Assembly: GCA_017646015.1 (NCBI GenBank)
Contig: JAGCNI010000031.1
Location: 7,813 to 71,812, forward strand
Length of the DNA: 64,000 bases
DNA from: Lentisphaeria bacterium
Lineage (GTDB): Bacteria > Verrucomicrobiota > Lentisphaeria > Victivallales > UBA1829
Direction: 5' to 3'
Both the position numbers and the translations under genes were made by a program. Position 1 is the stretch's first letter, and every line of letters starts with the position of its first letter. The notes under the pieces were generated by a model that saw only the letters and a program-made list of their open reading frames with translations, made no database searches and had not been told where the DNA came from. Positions 27,105 through 35,461 of this stretch are shown here, piece by piece.

Positions 27105-29585
27105 ATGCGAGGCAAAAAAATCTACAGCCTTTGTCTGTGTGTCATGGCAGCATTCGTTTCTCAAAATGTTGCTCATGCTCAATCGGCCGCTCAATCCGAT
27201 CAGATCCAGACAGAGACTCAAAGCAAAGAATTCAAGAGCCGCAATGCAGCAATTGAAAACATTATCAATCCGCAGATTGAGCTCGGAGACAGATTCTCAG
27301 CACAAAAGGACTATCAAAGTGCATGTGATGCTTACGCCCGTGCATTGATGTTGTTGGACCGCAGCAAGTTGGGAAATGGAAAAAACGTTCAGGAAACACG
27401 CAATAGAATCAACAGCAAATTCACCGCCGCACGGAAAAACTGGGGCGCAGCTATCTTCGCAAAAGCGAAAGAAACTTATCTCGCTTCCCTGGTGGAAAAA
27501 CAATCCGAAAAAGCCATCAGCGGGTTCCGCTCTGCAACACGAATCGCACTCAGTGCTGTCCCTTGCTATTACAGCGGAAAAAATGAAAAAGAAGTTTCTC
27601 CCGCCCAGTATGAAAAAGAATTGAAAGCTGATCCCGCATTCAATGACAATGTCCGTGCATTTGTGATCGACTGCGAAAAAATGGAAACAGCTTACAATTT
27701 CAAAAACGAAACATCCCTCGATACCCTCGATCCGGATTACGGCAGACGCAAAAAAGAAATCCTCCTGCTCCAGAAACAGGCGGAAATCTATTACAAAACA
27801 AAACAGTATGAAAAAGCCCGCACCAATATGGAAAAAGTCCTCGTCCTTGATCCCTATAATCAGCAGGCTACATCTCTGTTGAACCGCATCTACAAAAAAC
27901 TCTACTCCATCGGTATGATCCGCAGTGAAAACGATGCAATCGAAACCATGGTCGAAACCGAATGGAAATGGTCCGAACCGGTTCCGCCGACTGATGCAAC
28001 CGAAGCTGAAGCTTCCCCCAGAGAAATCTCCGGCACTCGCGCTGCACTCTATGACAAACTTCAGAAAATCATCGTGGACAGAATCGAATATGAAAAATTC
28101 GATATCCAGTCCATTCTCGAACATCTCAACAAAATCGCCAAACAGTTGGATCCCAGTGGCGTTGGGGTCAACATCATCCCGCCCTCCAATATCGAACTCA
28201 GAACCAGACAGATCCCCTATCTGGAACTGGAACAGATGCCTCTGCTCGATGTAATCAAATATGTCTGCGAAATCGCCGGAATAAAATACAAAATCAGGAA
28301 TCAGGCTGTTATCGTCGGAGCCAAAGCCTCCGATGAAGATGTGGAACCAAGGTCCTTTGCTGTCCGCAAATCTCTCATACAGCGGATCAAAATCGAAGCA
28401 GAACCACCGTCTGAAAAAGATTCTGAAACAGAAGACAGCTCCGACACTCTGAAAGATGCTGAAACATTCAGAGATAAAACTCTTCTCGAAGTCAAAGATG
28501 AAGAAATCCGCAAAACCCCGGAAGTCACTCCGGATATGCTCAAAGCATATTTCGCCCCCATGGGGATCACCTTTGATGAAGGCAGCACAATTTCTTATGA
28601 CACCACCACTGGAAAAATCATTACCAAAAATACTCCGGAAAACCACCGGAAAATGGAAACTCTCCTGAAAGAAATCGATATCCCGCCGCCGCTGGTGCTG
28701 GTCGATTCCAAAGTCATGGAAGTCGCTCTGAAAACAATGGAAGAACTCGGTTTCGACTGGCAGTTGAGCTATACCAATACAGAAACCAATCACAAAATCA
28801 GTTTCTCCGGTTTGAGCTCTTCCGCTTTCTATCGCGGAAATCCCTCCAACTACCTGATCAACGGTCTCAAACTGCTCCCCAGCTTCGGAGACAATCATCA
28901 GTTTGACCTCGCAATTTCTGTCCGCGCTCTCGATCAGAAAGACCGCACAGAGATCCTCGCAACTCCGCGCCTCCTCGTTGCATCCGGTTACAATGGTAAA
29001 CTGGTTGTCGCAGAAGATCGTTATTTCCCGGATGACTGGGAAGATCCGGAAGTCGAAATCGTCAACGGTACATCCTACACCTACAATCCCCCGATCCCGG
29101 AATTCGGAGATTCCACTGCGGTCGGTACAACATTCACTGTCACACCGACCGTCAGCTCCAACAATTACACGATCCTCCTGAATGTCAATACAGACCTCAC
29201 CCGTATGACCGGATGGTCCAACTATGACTACAGTATCGTTATCGGCGGCTTGATGGTCAGCATCGCAGACCGTTCCACCACCAACCTGCAGCCGAAAATG
29301 AAAATGCCGATCTTCTCCAAGAGAAAGATCTCTTCCACAGTCAAGATCTACGACGGTGAAACAGTTGTCATCGGCGGTATTCTTGAAGATATCCAGTCCA
29401 GACGTGAAGACAAGATCCCGCTCCTGGGCGATATTCCTCTGATCGGACGCCTTTTCACAGACTCCAGTACAGCTTCAGAAAAAACAAATCTGATGGTCTT
29501 CGTCACTGCACGCCTGATGAAAGGAAACGGCCTCCCCGTCCGGGATGCTCGTAAACAGGGTCTTTTTGAATTTAACGACAGATAA
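27105..29585 (+). CDS. secretin-family outer-membrane channel protein, paralog 1 (TPR-like N-terminal region)
   Basis: Signal peptide (..VSQNVAHA|QS), a helical TPR-like N-terminus and an N0/STN-like domain (IEYEKFDIQSILEHL...LLDVIKYVCEIAGIKYKI). The canonical secretin C-terminus is present: GETVVIGGILEDIQSRREDKIPLLGDIPLIGRLF...TNLMVFVTARL. Confidence 0.88.
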   Translation: MRGKKIYSLCLCVMAAFVSQNVAHAQSAAQSDQIQTETQSKEFKSRNAAIENIINPQIELGDRFSAQKDYQSACDAYARALMLLDRSKLGNGKNVQETRNRINSKFTAARKNWGAAIFAKAKETYLASLVEKQSEKAISGFRSATRIALSAVPCYYSGKNEKEVSPAQYEKELKADPAFNDNVRAFVIDCEKMETAYNFKNETSLDTLDPDYGRRKKEILLLQKQAEIYYKTKQYEKARTNMEKVLVLDPYNQQATSLLNRIYKKLYSIGMIRSENDAIETMVETEWKWSEPVPPTDATEAEASPREISGTRAALYDKLQKIIVDRIEYEKFDIQSILEHLNKIAKQLDPSGVGVNIIPPSNIELRTRQIPYLELEQMPLLDVIKYVCEIAGIKYKIRNQAVIVGAKASDEDVEPRSFAVRKSLIQRIKIEAEPPSEKDSETEDSSDTLKDAETFRDKTLLEVKDEEIRKTPEVTPDMLKAYFAPMGITFDEGSTISYDTTTGKIITKNTPENHRKMETLLKEIDIPPPLVLVDSKVMEVALKTMEELGFDWQLSYTNTETNHKISFSGLSSSAFYRGNPSNYLINGLKLLPSFGDNHQFDLAISVRALDQKDRTEILATPRLLVASGYNGKLVVAEDRYFPDDWEDPEVEIVNGTSYTYNPPIPEFGDSTAVGTTFTVTPTVSSNNYTILLNVNTDLTRMTGWSNYDYSIVIGGLMVSIADRSTTNLQPKMKMPIFSKRKISSTVKIYDGETVVIGGILEDIQSRREDKIPLLGDIPLIGRLFTDSSTASEKTNLMVFVTARLMKGNGLPVRDARKQGLFEFNDR

Positions 29586-29635
29586 TCCGGGGTAGATGAC
29601 TTATGATGATAAATAAATGGATCAAGGAGGCTAAA

Positions 29636-32209
29636 ATGCGTAACAGCCTTTACTCTATTGCTCAATGGTCTGTTGCTGGATGCCTTCTGCTGACAGCTCA
29701 TGACGCATTGGCTCAGCAGAAGAAAAACAATGCACCTGCATCAGCCATTTCAAGCGAACAGCTTGTTCAGGTCGAAACAGATAAACTGATTTTCCGTAAC
29801 AAGGAAATGGTTCGTCTGGACGAAGCTATGAAAAAATGTGCCGCTATCGTGAAAAAAGGAACTGATTTCTTTATCGCAAATGAATTCGATAAAGCGATCG
29901 ACCAGTATCTTGAAGCCAAAAAACAGTATGAAACACTGAAAGAAATCTATAAAGACTCCAAGAAAAGCGATGAAATCAGCGGTCATATCGACGCCTGCAC
30001 AAGAAAGGTTTCCGATACCTATGCCGCATGGGCAAGATCCCTGCACAATGAAGCAAGAAAAAATGCTCAGGAACAGGGCTTCGATAAAGCGATCGAACTT
30101 TGCCGCAAAGCTATTGAAGTCTATCCGCCCTGCAAAGAAAAAATGGAAAAGATCATTGAGCGTTACAAACTCATGAAAGAGGGCGTACAGTTCAAAAAAG
30201 AAGTCGATGAAGCATATCCGAAATCATCTGACATCTATGAAAAACAGGTCTTGATCCGTCAGGGACAGACTTATTATAACACAAAACAGTGGGACAAAGC
30301 AAGAGCAAAATTTGAAGAAGTCCTTGTCCTTGATCCGTTCAATGATACTGCGATCTCCTATATCCGCAAAATCAATTATCAGATGATCGACGCTGCAAAA
30401 TTGCGTACCGGCGTGACCCGGAATGAAAGAAATGCCATGTCCCAGTGGGAAATGGTCACTCCCTTGATCAAACAGGATATCGACAATAACCGTTTTGAAG
30501 AAGAAGGAATTATCAAAGCCAGCCAGATCGACCGGATCCAGAAAAAACTGAAAGATATCATTATTGATAAAATCAGTTTTGAAGAAGTCGAAATCGCCAC
30601 TGCGATCCGTTATCTCCGTCAGTGCAGCAAAGAAAAAGACCCGGAAAAAATCGGCGTCAACTTTGTGCTCCGCGGTAAGATCAACCAGCCCCTGACCTCC
30701 GACGGCGAAAAAGTTGAAATCGAAGAAAAATCTGAAACCAATAACGCAGAAAAGAAATTGGAAGAAGATATTGAAATCGAACCTCTCACCATGATGGTCG
30801 ACAATATCCCGCTTGAAACCGTTATCAAATACATCTGCCAACAGGCAAACCTGAAATACAGAATCGAAGATAATGCAGTCATCATCGCATCCAAGGATGT
30901 CCCGCTGGATGATGTTCAGACAAAAGTCTATCCGGTTGAAAAGTCTTCCATCAAATTGCGCGATGGTCAGACTGTTCAGGACTACTTCACTGAACAGGGT
31001 ATCCTCTTTGAAGCCGGTGCTTCCGCTGTCTATAAAGAATATATCGGCAGATTGATCGTCACCAACACTCCGAAACAGTTGCAGCTCATTGAAAAGCTGA
31101 TCAGTGATATGAATCAGGTCGATCCTCAGGTTCTGATCCAGACAAAATTTGTTGAAATCAAATTGAATGACCTGGAAGAACTCGGATTCAAATATCAGCT
31201 TTCCCGCAGCAATGCCAATGTGCAGTATCAGAAAGCAGACAGCCGCAAGCTGATCGCTCTCGCTCCGGGTGAAACTCTCACCACCAAGGACAACCTGAAC
31301 TTCTATGCCAATACAGGCGATGCAAACTGGCTGGAATACTCCAAGACAGTCAACCGTCTGACTCAGTACACCAATACCAGCGGTGCAACTGAATACTATA
31401 TGAAAGCTCCGGTCCAGAACAGCAGTGTGACTTACACCGCCGGCGGTTTCGATACCATCCGCACATTCAGTGCTGTCGGTACTCTTGAATCCAATACCGA
31501 TACCGGTAAAGCTGCGGAATTCTCCATCTACAACAGCAATGGTTACAAACTTGATACACAGCTCTATGCATTGGATCAGGCAGACGCAGCAGACGTGCTC
31601 TCCTGCCCGCGTATCACAACCATGAATGAAACTCCTGCAACGATCCAGTTGGTGACAGAAGAATATTTCCCGACTGAATGGGAAGAAGCAGAATATACCA
31701 TGATGGGAAATAACGTCCCGGTCTTCACAGGATCCGTTCCGGAACTGGATGAAGAAACTCAGTTGGGTATCTCTCTTGATGTGACACCGATCGTGGAAGA
31801 CAACTACACAGTCCACGTCTTGATGCGCCCGCTGATTCGTAAATTCACCGGATGGGATGACTACTCCTATTCTGTCCCGATGACCTTGAATGATGGCGGA
31901 CCGCAGGTCAATGTGCCGAACACCATGCTCATGCCCCGTATCGAACAGAGAACGGTTGATACTCAGGCAACCTGCGATGACGGCGGAACCATTGTCCTCG
32001 GCGGTATGATTCGTGATGAAGTTTCTGTTCTTGACGATCAGTATCCGATCCTTGGCGATCTCCCGCTGATCGGACGTCTCTTCCAGTCCAAAGGCAGAGA
32101 TGCATCCAAATACAACCTCCTGATCTTCCTTTCCTGCAGACTGGTCAATCCTGATGGATCTCCGCTGCGTGAACGTGAAGAACGCGGACTCCCGCCCTTC
32201 AAGTATTGA
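29636..32209 (+). CDS. secretin-family outer-membrane channel protein, paralog 2
   Basis: ATG 29636 sits 5 nt after aggagg; the track start at 29603 is less likely. Signal peptide ..LLTAHDALA|QQ. The domain order matches paralog 1. Secretin C-terminus: GGTIVLGGMIRDEVSVLDDQYPILGDLPLIGRLF...YNLLIFLSCRL. Confidence 0.88.
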   Translation: MRNSLYSIAQWSVAGCLLLTAHDALAQQKKNNAPASAISSEQLVQVETDKLIFRNKEMVRLDEAMKKCAAIVKKGTDFFIANEFDKAIDQYLEAKKQYETLKEIYKDSKKSDEISGHIDACTRKVSDTYAAWARSLHNEARKNAQEQGFDKAIELCRKAIEVYPPCKEKMEKIIERYKLMKEGVQFKKEVDEAYPKSSDIYEKQVLIRQGQTYYNTKQWDKARAKFEEVLVLDPFNDTAISYIRKINYQMIDAAKLRTGVTRNERNAMSQWEMVTPLIKQDIDNNRFEEEGIIKASQIDRIQKKLKDIIIDKISFEEVEIATAIRYLRQCSKEKDPEKIGVNFVLRGKINQPLTSDGEKVEIEEKSETNNAEKKLEEDIEIEPLTMMVDNIPLETVIKYICQQANLKYRIEDNAVIIASKDVPLDDVQTKVYPVEKSSIKLRDGQTVQDYFTEQGILFEAGASAVYKEYIGRLIVTNTPKQLQLIEKLISDMNQVDPQVLIQTKFVEIKLNDLEELGFKYQLSRSNANVQYQKADSRKLIALAPGETLTTKDNLNFYANTGDANWLEYSKTVNRLTQYTNTSGATEYYMKAPVQNSSVTYTAGGFDTIRTFSAVGTLESNTDTGKAAEFSIYNSNGYKLDTQLYALDQADAADVLSCPRITTMNETPATIQLVTEEYFPTEWEEAEYTMMGNNVPVFTGSVPELDEETQLGISLDVTPIVEDNYTVHVLMRPLIRKFTGWDDYSYSVPMTLNDGGPQVNVPNTMLMPRIEQRTVDTQATCDDGGTIVLGGMIRDEVSVLDDQYPILGDLPLIGRLFQSKGRDASKYNLLIFLSCRLVNPDGSPLREREERGLPPFKY

Positions 32210-32234
32210 TCTTGGTTGTCAGAGATTTTTCAAA

Positions 32235-32264
32235 AGCACTCCACTTTCCGGAGTGCTTTTTTTT
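32235..32264 (+). terminator. rho-independent terminator of the pilus-like operon
   Basis: The stem agcactcc (32235-32242) / ggagtgct (32250-32257) has a 7-nt loop and is followed by T8. Confidence 0.8.
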
Positions 32265-32299
32265 GTGCGGATCTGCGGATCTATGGAAGGTCAAGAGAC

Positions 32300-32337
32300 A
32301 AAAAAAATACCCCGGAAAATTTTTTGATCCGGGGTAT
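32300..32337 (-). terminator. rho-independent terminator after rsmI
   Basis: The minus strand reads ataccccgga-tcaaaaaattt-tccggggtat, followed by T8. Confidence 0.75.
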
Positions 32338-32358
32338 CAAAATATCAAAATATCAAAA
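32335..32358. repeat. tatcaaaa x3 perfect tandem octamer
   Basis: Read directly at 32335-32342, 32343-32350 and 32351-32358. It lies between the rsmI stop and its terminator. Confidence 0.9.
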
Positions 32359-32369
32359 GAATGAAATTT

Positions 32370-33116
32370 TTATTCTTCTTCGGAATCGTCCTCATTGTTT
32401 GTCACAGGATAGACAACGACGACACATTCGCCTTTCCAGGAGCGTTTTACAGCGGCATCGGCAAGTTCAGCAAGAGAACCGCGTAAAACCTCTTCATGCA
32501 CCTTTGTTGCCTCTCTGACCACAGCGCACATGGTTTCTCCGCCGAGAGCATCTCGCAATTCATTCAGGAGCTTTGTAAGACGGTAAGGGGACTCAAAGAT
32601 CACCACACTCTTCTGTTCTCTGGCAAGTTCGCTGATACGAGCGGCACGGCGTCCGCTTTTGACCGGCAGAAAACCATAGAAAGCAAAACGGTCTGAGGGG
32701 AGACCGGAAGCGGCGATGGAAAAAGTCAGAGCTGAAACTCCGGGAATGATCTGCGGATCGATCCCGGCTTTGACAGCTTCTCTGACAAGAAGATATCCCG
32801 GGTCAGCCACACAAGGAGTACCGGCATCAGTCACGAGCCCGACCTTCTCTCCGGCAAGAACACGGTCAAGCACAAAAGATGTTTTCCCGTGTTCATTGAA
32901 AGCGTGGTAAGAAGCAAGGCGGACTTCGATTCCGAAATGCTGGAAGAGCACACGGGTACGACGGGTATCTTCAGCAAAAACGATGGAACACTGTTTCAGT
33001 GTCTCAACAGCCCGGAAAGTCATATCATCAAGATTTCCGATAGGAGTGGAGATCAGATACAATGCCCCTCCGGATTCGATCTGTTGCGATGAGGTGGTCA
33101 ACTGTTCTTTTCCCAA
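32370..33116 (-). CDS. rsmI: 16S rRNA (cytidine1402-2'-O)-methyltransferase
   Basis: LYLISTPIGNLDDMTFRAVETLK...FAEDTRRT, a tetrapyrrole-methylase fold, with an acidic C-terminal tail. Confidence 0.9.
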   Translation of the reverse strand: MGKEQLTTSSQQIESGGALYLISTPIGNLDDMTFRAVETLKQCSIVFAEDTRRTRVLFQHFGIEVRLASYHAFNEHGKTSFVLDRVLAGEKVGLVTDAGTPCVADPGYLLVREAVKAGIDPQIIPGVSALTFSIAASGLPSDRFAFYGFLPVKSGRRAARISELAREQKSVVIFESPYRLTKLLNELRDALGGETMCAVVREATKVHEEVLRGSLAELADAAVKRSWKGECVVVVYPVTNNEDDSEEE

Positions 33117-33310
33117 TATTCAGATTTGGCTTGTTCCAAAAGCAACCCGACCTGATCCAAGTCGATCGGGGTATAACCTTTTTCTTCGAGAGATGCACAG
33201 AAAACGAGCCAATCCTGATGATTCCATTCGCCGCAATGTGACTCAACAAATTCCCAAATCAGAGTTGTTTTCGCCAAACGGGCAAGATTCACTTCAGTAT
33301 TTGATCTCAT
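33098..33310 (-). CDS. hypothetical small protein (70 aa)
   Basis: It begins with ATG preceded by gaggatgg. The composition is balanced and helical-looking. Its 3' end overlaps the rsmI start by 19 nt. I recognise no family. Confidence 0.4.
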   Translation of the reverse strand: MRSNTEVNLARLAKTTLIWEFVESHCGEWNHQDWLVFCASLEEKGYTPIDLDQVGLLLEQAKSEYWEKNS

Positions 33311-33333
33311 TTTCCATCCTCACTGTATAATTT

Positions 33334-33365
33334 TGAGCAACACATATAAACTGCTGTGTTGCTCA
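33334..33365. other. 11-bp perfect stem-loop (tgagcaacaca / tgtgttgctca) between mrp and the small ORF
   Basis: Read directly. The loop is 10 nt and no U-run follows on either strand, so terminator function is uncertain. Confidence 0.4.
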
Positions 33366-33432
33366 TAATATACAATGGTATCTGAAAATGTCAAACCGGT
33401 TTTATTATTTTTTCATCTATTACTACAGATGA

Positions 33433-34266
33433 TTAAATTAAAGCAACCGTTCTAATAACATTTTCCATAGCTTCACGGATCTCCGGAGCTTTCTGCATTG
33501 CAGAATCCAGATCTCCGGAATCACAAGAACCCATAAAAGCAGGATTTACAGGAAGTTGTGCAAGAAGCGGAATTCCATATTTCTTCGCAAGAGCAGCACC
33601 GCCGCCGGTCGAGAAAAGAGGATGAGTTTTTCCGCATTCAGGACATGTAAAACCACTCATATTTTCAACGATCCCTGCAACCCCCAAATCAACTTTCTGA
33701 CAGAAGTCGATACACTTGCGGCAATCAGCCATGGACATCTCCTGCGGAGTTGTCACGATCACAGCCGAACGGTTGCCTTTGATCATTTGAGCGGCGGAAA
33801 GCACTTCATCTCCGGATCCCGGCGGGAAATCGAGGATCAGATAATCCAGATCGCCCCAATGCACATCTTCAATCAACTGACGGAGTACGCCAATTTTGGC
33901 AGGGCCGCGCCAAATCACAGCCTGATCGTTATCATCCACCACCAGACCGACAGATACGAGTTTGATTCCTTTCACATCCAACGGATAAAGCCCGTTTTCA
34001 TCGGCTTCCATCCGCAAATGCTGTGCGCCGAAAAGAGTCGGCTGGGAAGGACCGTGAAAGTCCAAATCCAACAGTCCGACTTTTTTTCCAGCTTTTGCCA
34101 GAAGAAAAGCCATGGATGCGGCAACAGAACTTTTACCGACCCCGCCTTTTCCTGAAAGAACCATGATTTTATGCTGGATCCGATCCAACACTGCATTCAA
34201 TTTAACGTCACTGTTTTCGCAGGACCCTTTTTCCCCGCAGGAAGAACAATTTCCACTGCAAGCCAT
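33433..34266 (-). CDS. mrp: Mrp/NBP35-family Fe-S cluster carrier ATPase
   Basis: Deviant Walker A VLSGKGGVGKSS, a ParA/MinD-like core and the CPxC motif FTCPECG. The N-terminus carries a Cys cluster, CSGNCSSCGEKGSC. Confidence 0.9.
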   Translation of the reverse strand: MACSGNCSSCGEKGSCENSDVKLNAVLDRIQHKIMVLSGKGGVGKSSVAASMAFLLAKAGKKVGLLDLDFHGPSQPTLFGAQHLRMEADENGLYPLDVKGIKLVSVGLVVDDNDQAVIWRGPAKIGVLRQLIEDVHWGDLDYLILDFPPGSGDEVLSAAQMIKGNRSAVIVTTPQEMSMADCRKCIDFCQKVDLGVAGIVENMSGFTCPECGKTHPLFSTGGGAALAKKYGIPLLAQLPVNPAFMGSCDSGDLDSAMQKAPEIREAMENVIRTVALI

Positions 34267-34318
34267 TTTTTATCCTTTCATAGATTTTAATAATATGATT
34301 TGATTCCGGACTGCTCTG

Positions 34319-35461
34319 TTATGACAATCTGGATTTAAAATCTTCATACGTAAAATTCCGCAACATCTGATATTCTCCGGTCGCCGAATCAAACAATGCA
34401 ATGGAAGGCAGACGCAGACCATTGAATGTATTTGTTTTGACCATGGAATAGTGCGCCATATCTGTAAAGACCAGTTTATCACCGACCTCCAGTTTCTGAT
34501 CAAAGGAATATTCGCCGATCACATCGCCGGCAAGACAGGAGTGTCCTGCCAGACGATATGTATGAGCCTTTTCTCCTGCCTCTCCGGAATGAATGATAAA
34601 AGGTCGATAAGGCATTTCCAGCACATCCGGCATGTGTGCCTCGGCAGAAGTGTCGAGAATAGCGATATCGACGCCGTTATGAACAATATCCAGTACAGAT
34701 GCAACCAGGAATCCGGTATTCAGTGCAATTGCCTCGCCGGGCTCCAGAAAGATCTCCGGTGTTCCCCAGCGTTGACGGAAGCCGTTCAGGGTATTGCAAA
34801 GCAGATCAATGTCATAATCCGGACGGGTGATGTGATGCCCTCCGCCAAAATTGATCCATTGCATCTGCGGAATCAGAAAACCGAATTTTTCCTCGAATGC
34901 AGTAAGCGTTCTTGCAAAAGCATCCGCATTCTGTTCACACAGATTATGCACATGCAGACCACTGATCCCCTCTGTTGATTTTCCTTTGAAATCGCACACC
35001 CGTATTCCAAGTCTGGATTTCGGGGCACAGGGATCATAGATCTCCACGGTTCCCTCGGAATGTTCAGGATTGCAGCGGAGCCCGAATTTTACATTCTCCG
35101 CAGCAGAAGTCATTTCCCGGAAACGTTCCCACTGAGAAAAGGAATTGAAGATCACGCGGTCACATGTCTGGAGCAGCTCCGCCAGATCCCCGGCAGAATA
35201 AGCTGCGGCAAATGCGGTCACCTCTTTTCCGAACTCCTCCCGTCCGAGACGTGCCTCATCCGGAGAGCTGGCACAAGTCCCGTCCAGGATCTCTGCCAGC
35301 ATCGGATATACCGCATACATGGAAAAGGCTTTCTGAGCGAGAAGGATCTTCACCCCTGTCCGTTGCCGGACTTGATCCAGGATCGCCAGATTCTTCCGCA
35401 AAAGAGCCTTGTCAACCACAAAAGAGGGCGTTTTGATTCTATCCAGCGGCAGAGAGATCAT
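34319..35461 (-). CDS. nspC: carboxynorspermidine/carboxyspermidine decarboxylase
   Basis: It is a PLP-dependent alanine-racemase-fold decarboxylase of 380 aa. N-terminus TPSFVVDKALLRKNLAILD..VKILLAQKAF and LDGTCASSPDEARLGREEFG match the NspC pattern. It overlaps the upstream dehydrogenase gene by 4 nt. Confidence 0.88.
   Translation of the reverse strand: MISLPLDRIKTPSFVVDKALLRKNLAILDQVRQRTGVKILLAQKAFSMYAVYPMLAEILDGTCASSPDEARLGREEFGKEVTAFAAAYSAGDLAELLQTCDRVIFNSFSQWERFREMTSAAENVKFGLRCNPEHSEGTVEIYDPCAPKSRLGIRVCDFKGKSTEGISGLHVHNLCEQNADAFARTLTAFEEKFGFLIPQMQWINFGGGHHITRPDYDIDLLCNTLNGFRQRWGTPEIFLEPGEAIALNTGFLVASVLDIVHNGVDIAILDTSAEAHMPDVLEMPYRPFIIHSGEAGEKAHTYRLAGHSCLAGDVIGEYSFDQKLEVGDKLVFTDMAHYSMVKTNTFNGLRLPSIALFDSATGEYQMLRNFTYEDFKSRLS

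Noticed and set aside
24987-31816. 493-aa, 533-aa and 530-aa minus-strand ORFs inside the pilus-like operon (24987..26468, 27297..28898, 30224..31816).
   Set aside because: I considered them as possible hidden components of the system. They are codon-aligned antisense frames of genes with signal peptides, TM helices and secretin motifs. Their translations are F/D/I-rich low complexity, and none has an SD or a family signature.
32267-32358. Small tandem repeats (gcggatct x2 at 32267-32282; tatcaaaa x3 at 32335-32358), considered as a CRISPR or other array.
   Set aside because: The units are only 8 nt, with no spacers, and they lie between two terminators. They are too short for CRISPR or any known repeat family. 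The octamer triplet is recorded only as a minor repeat.
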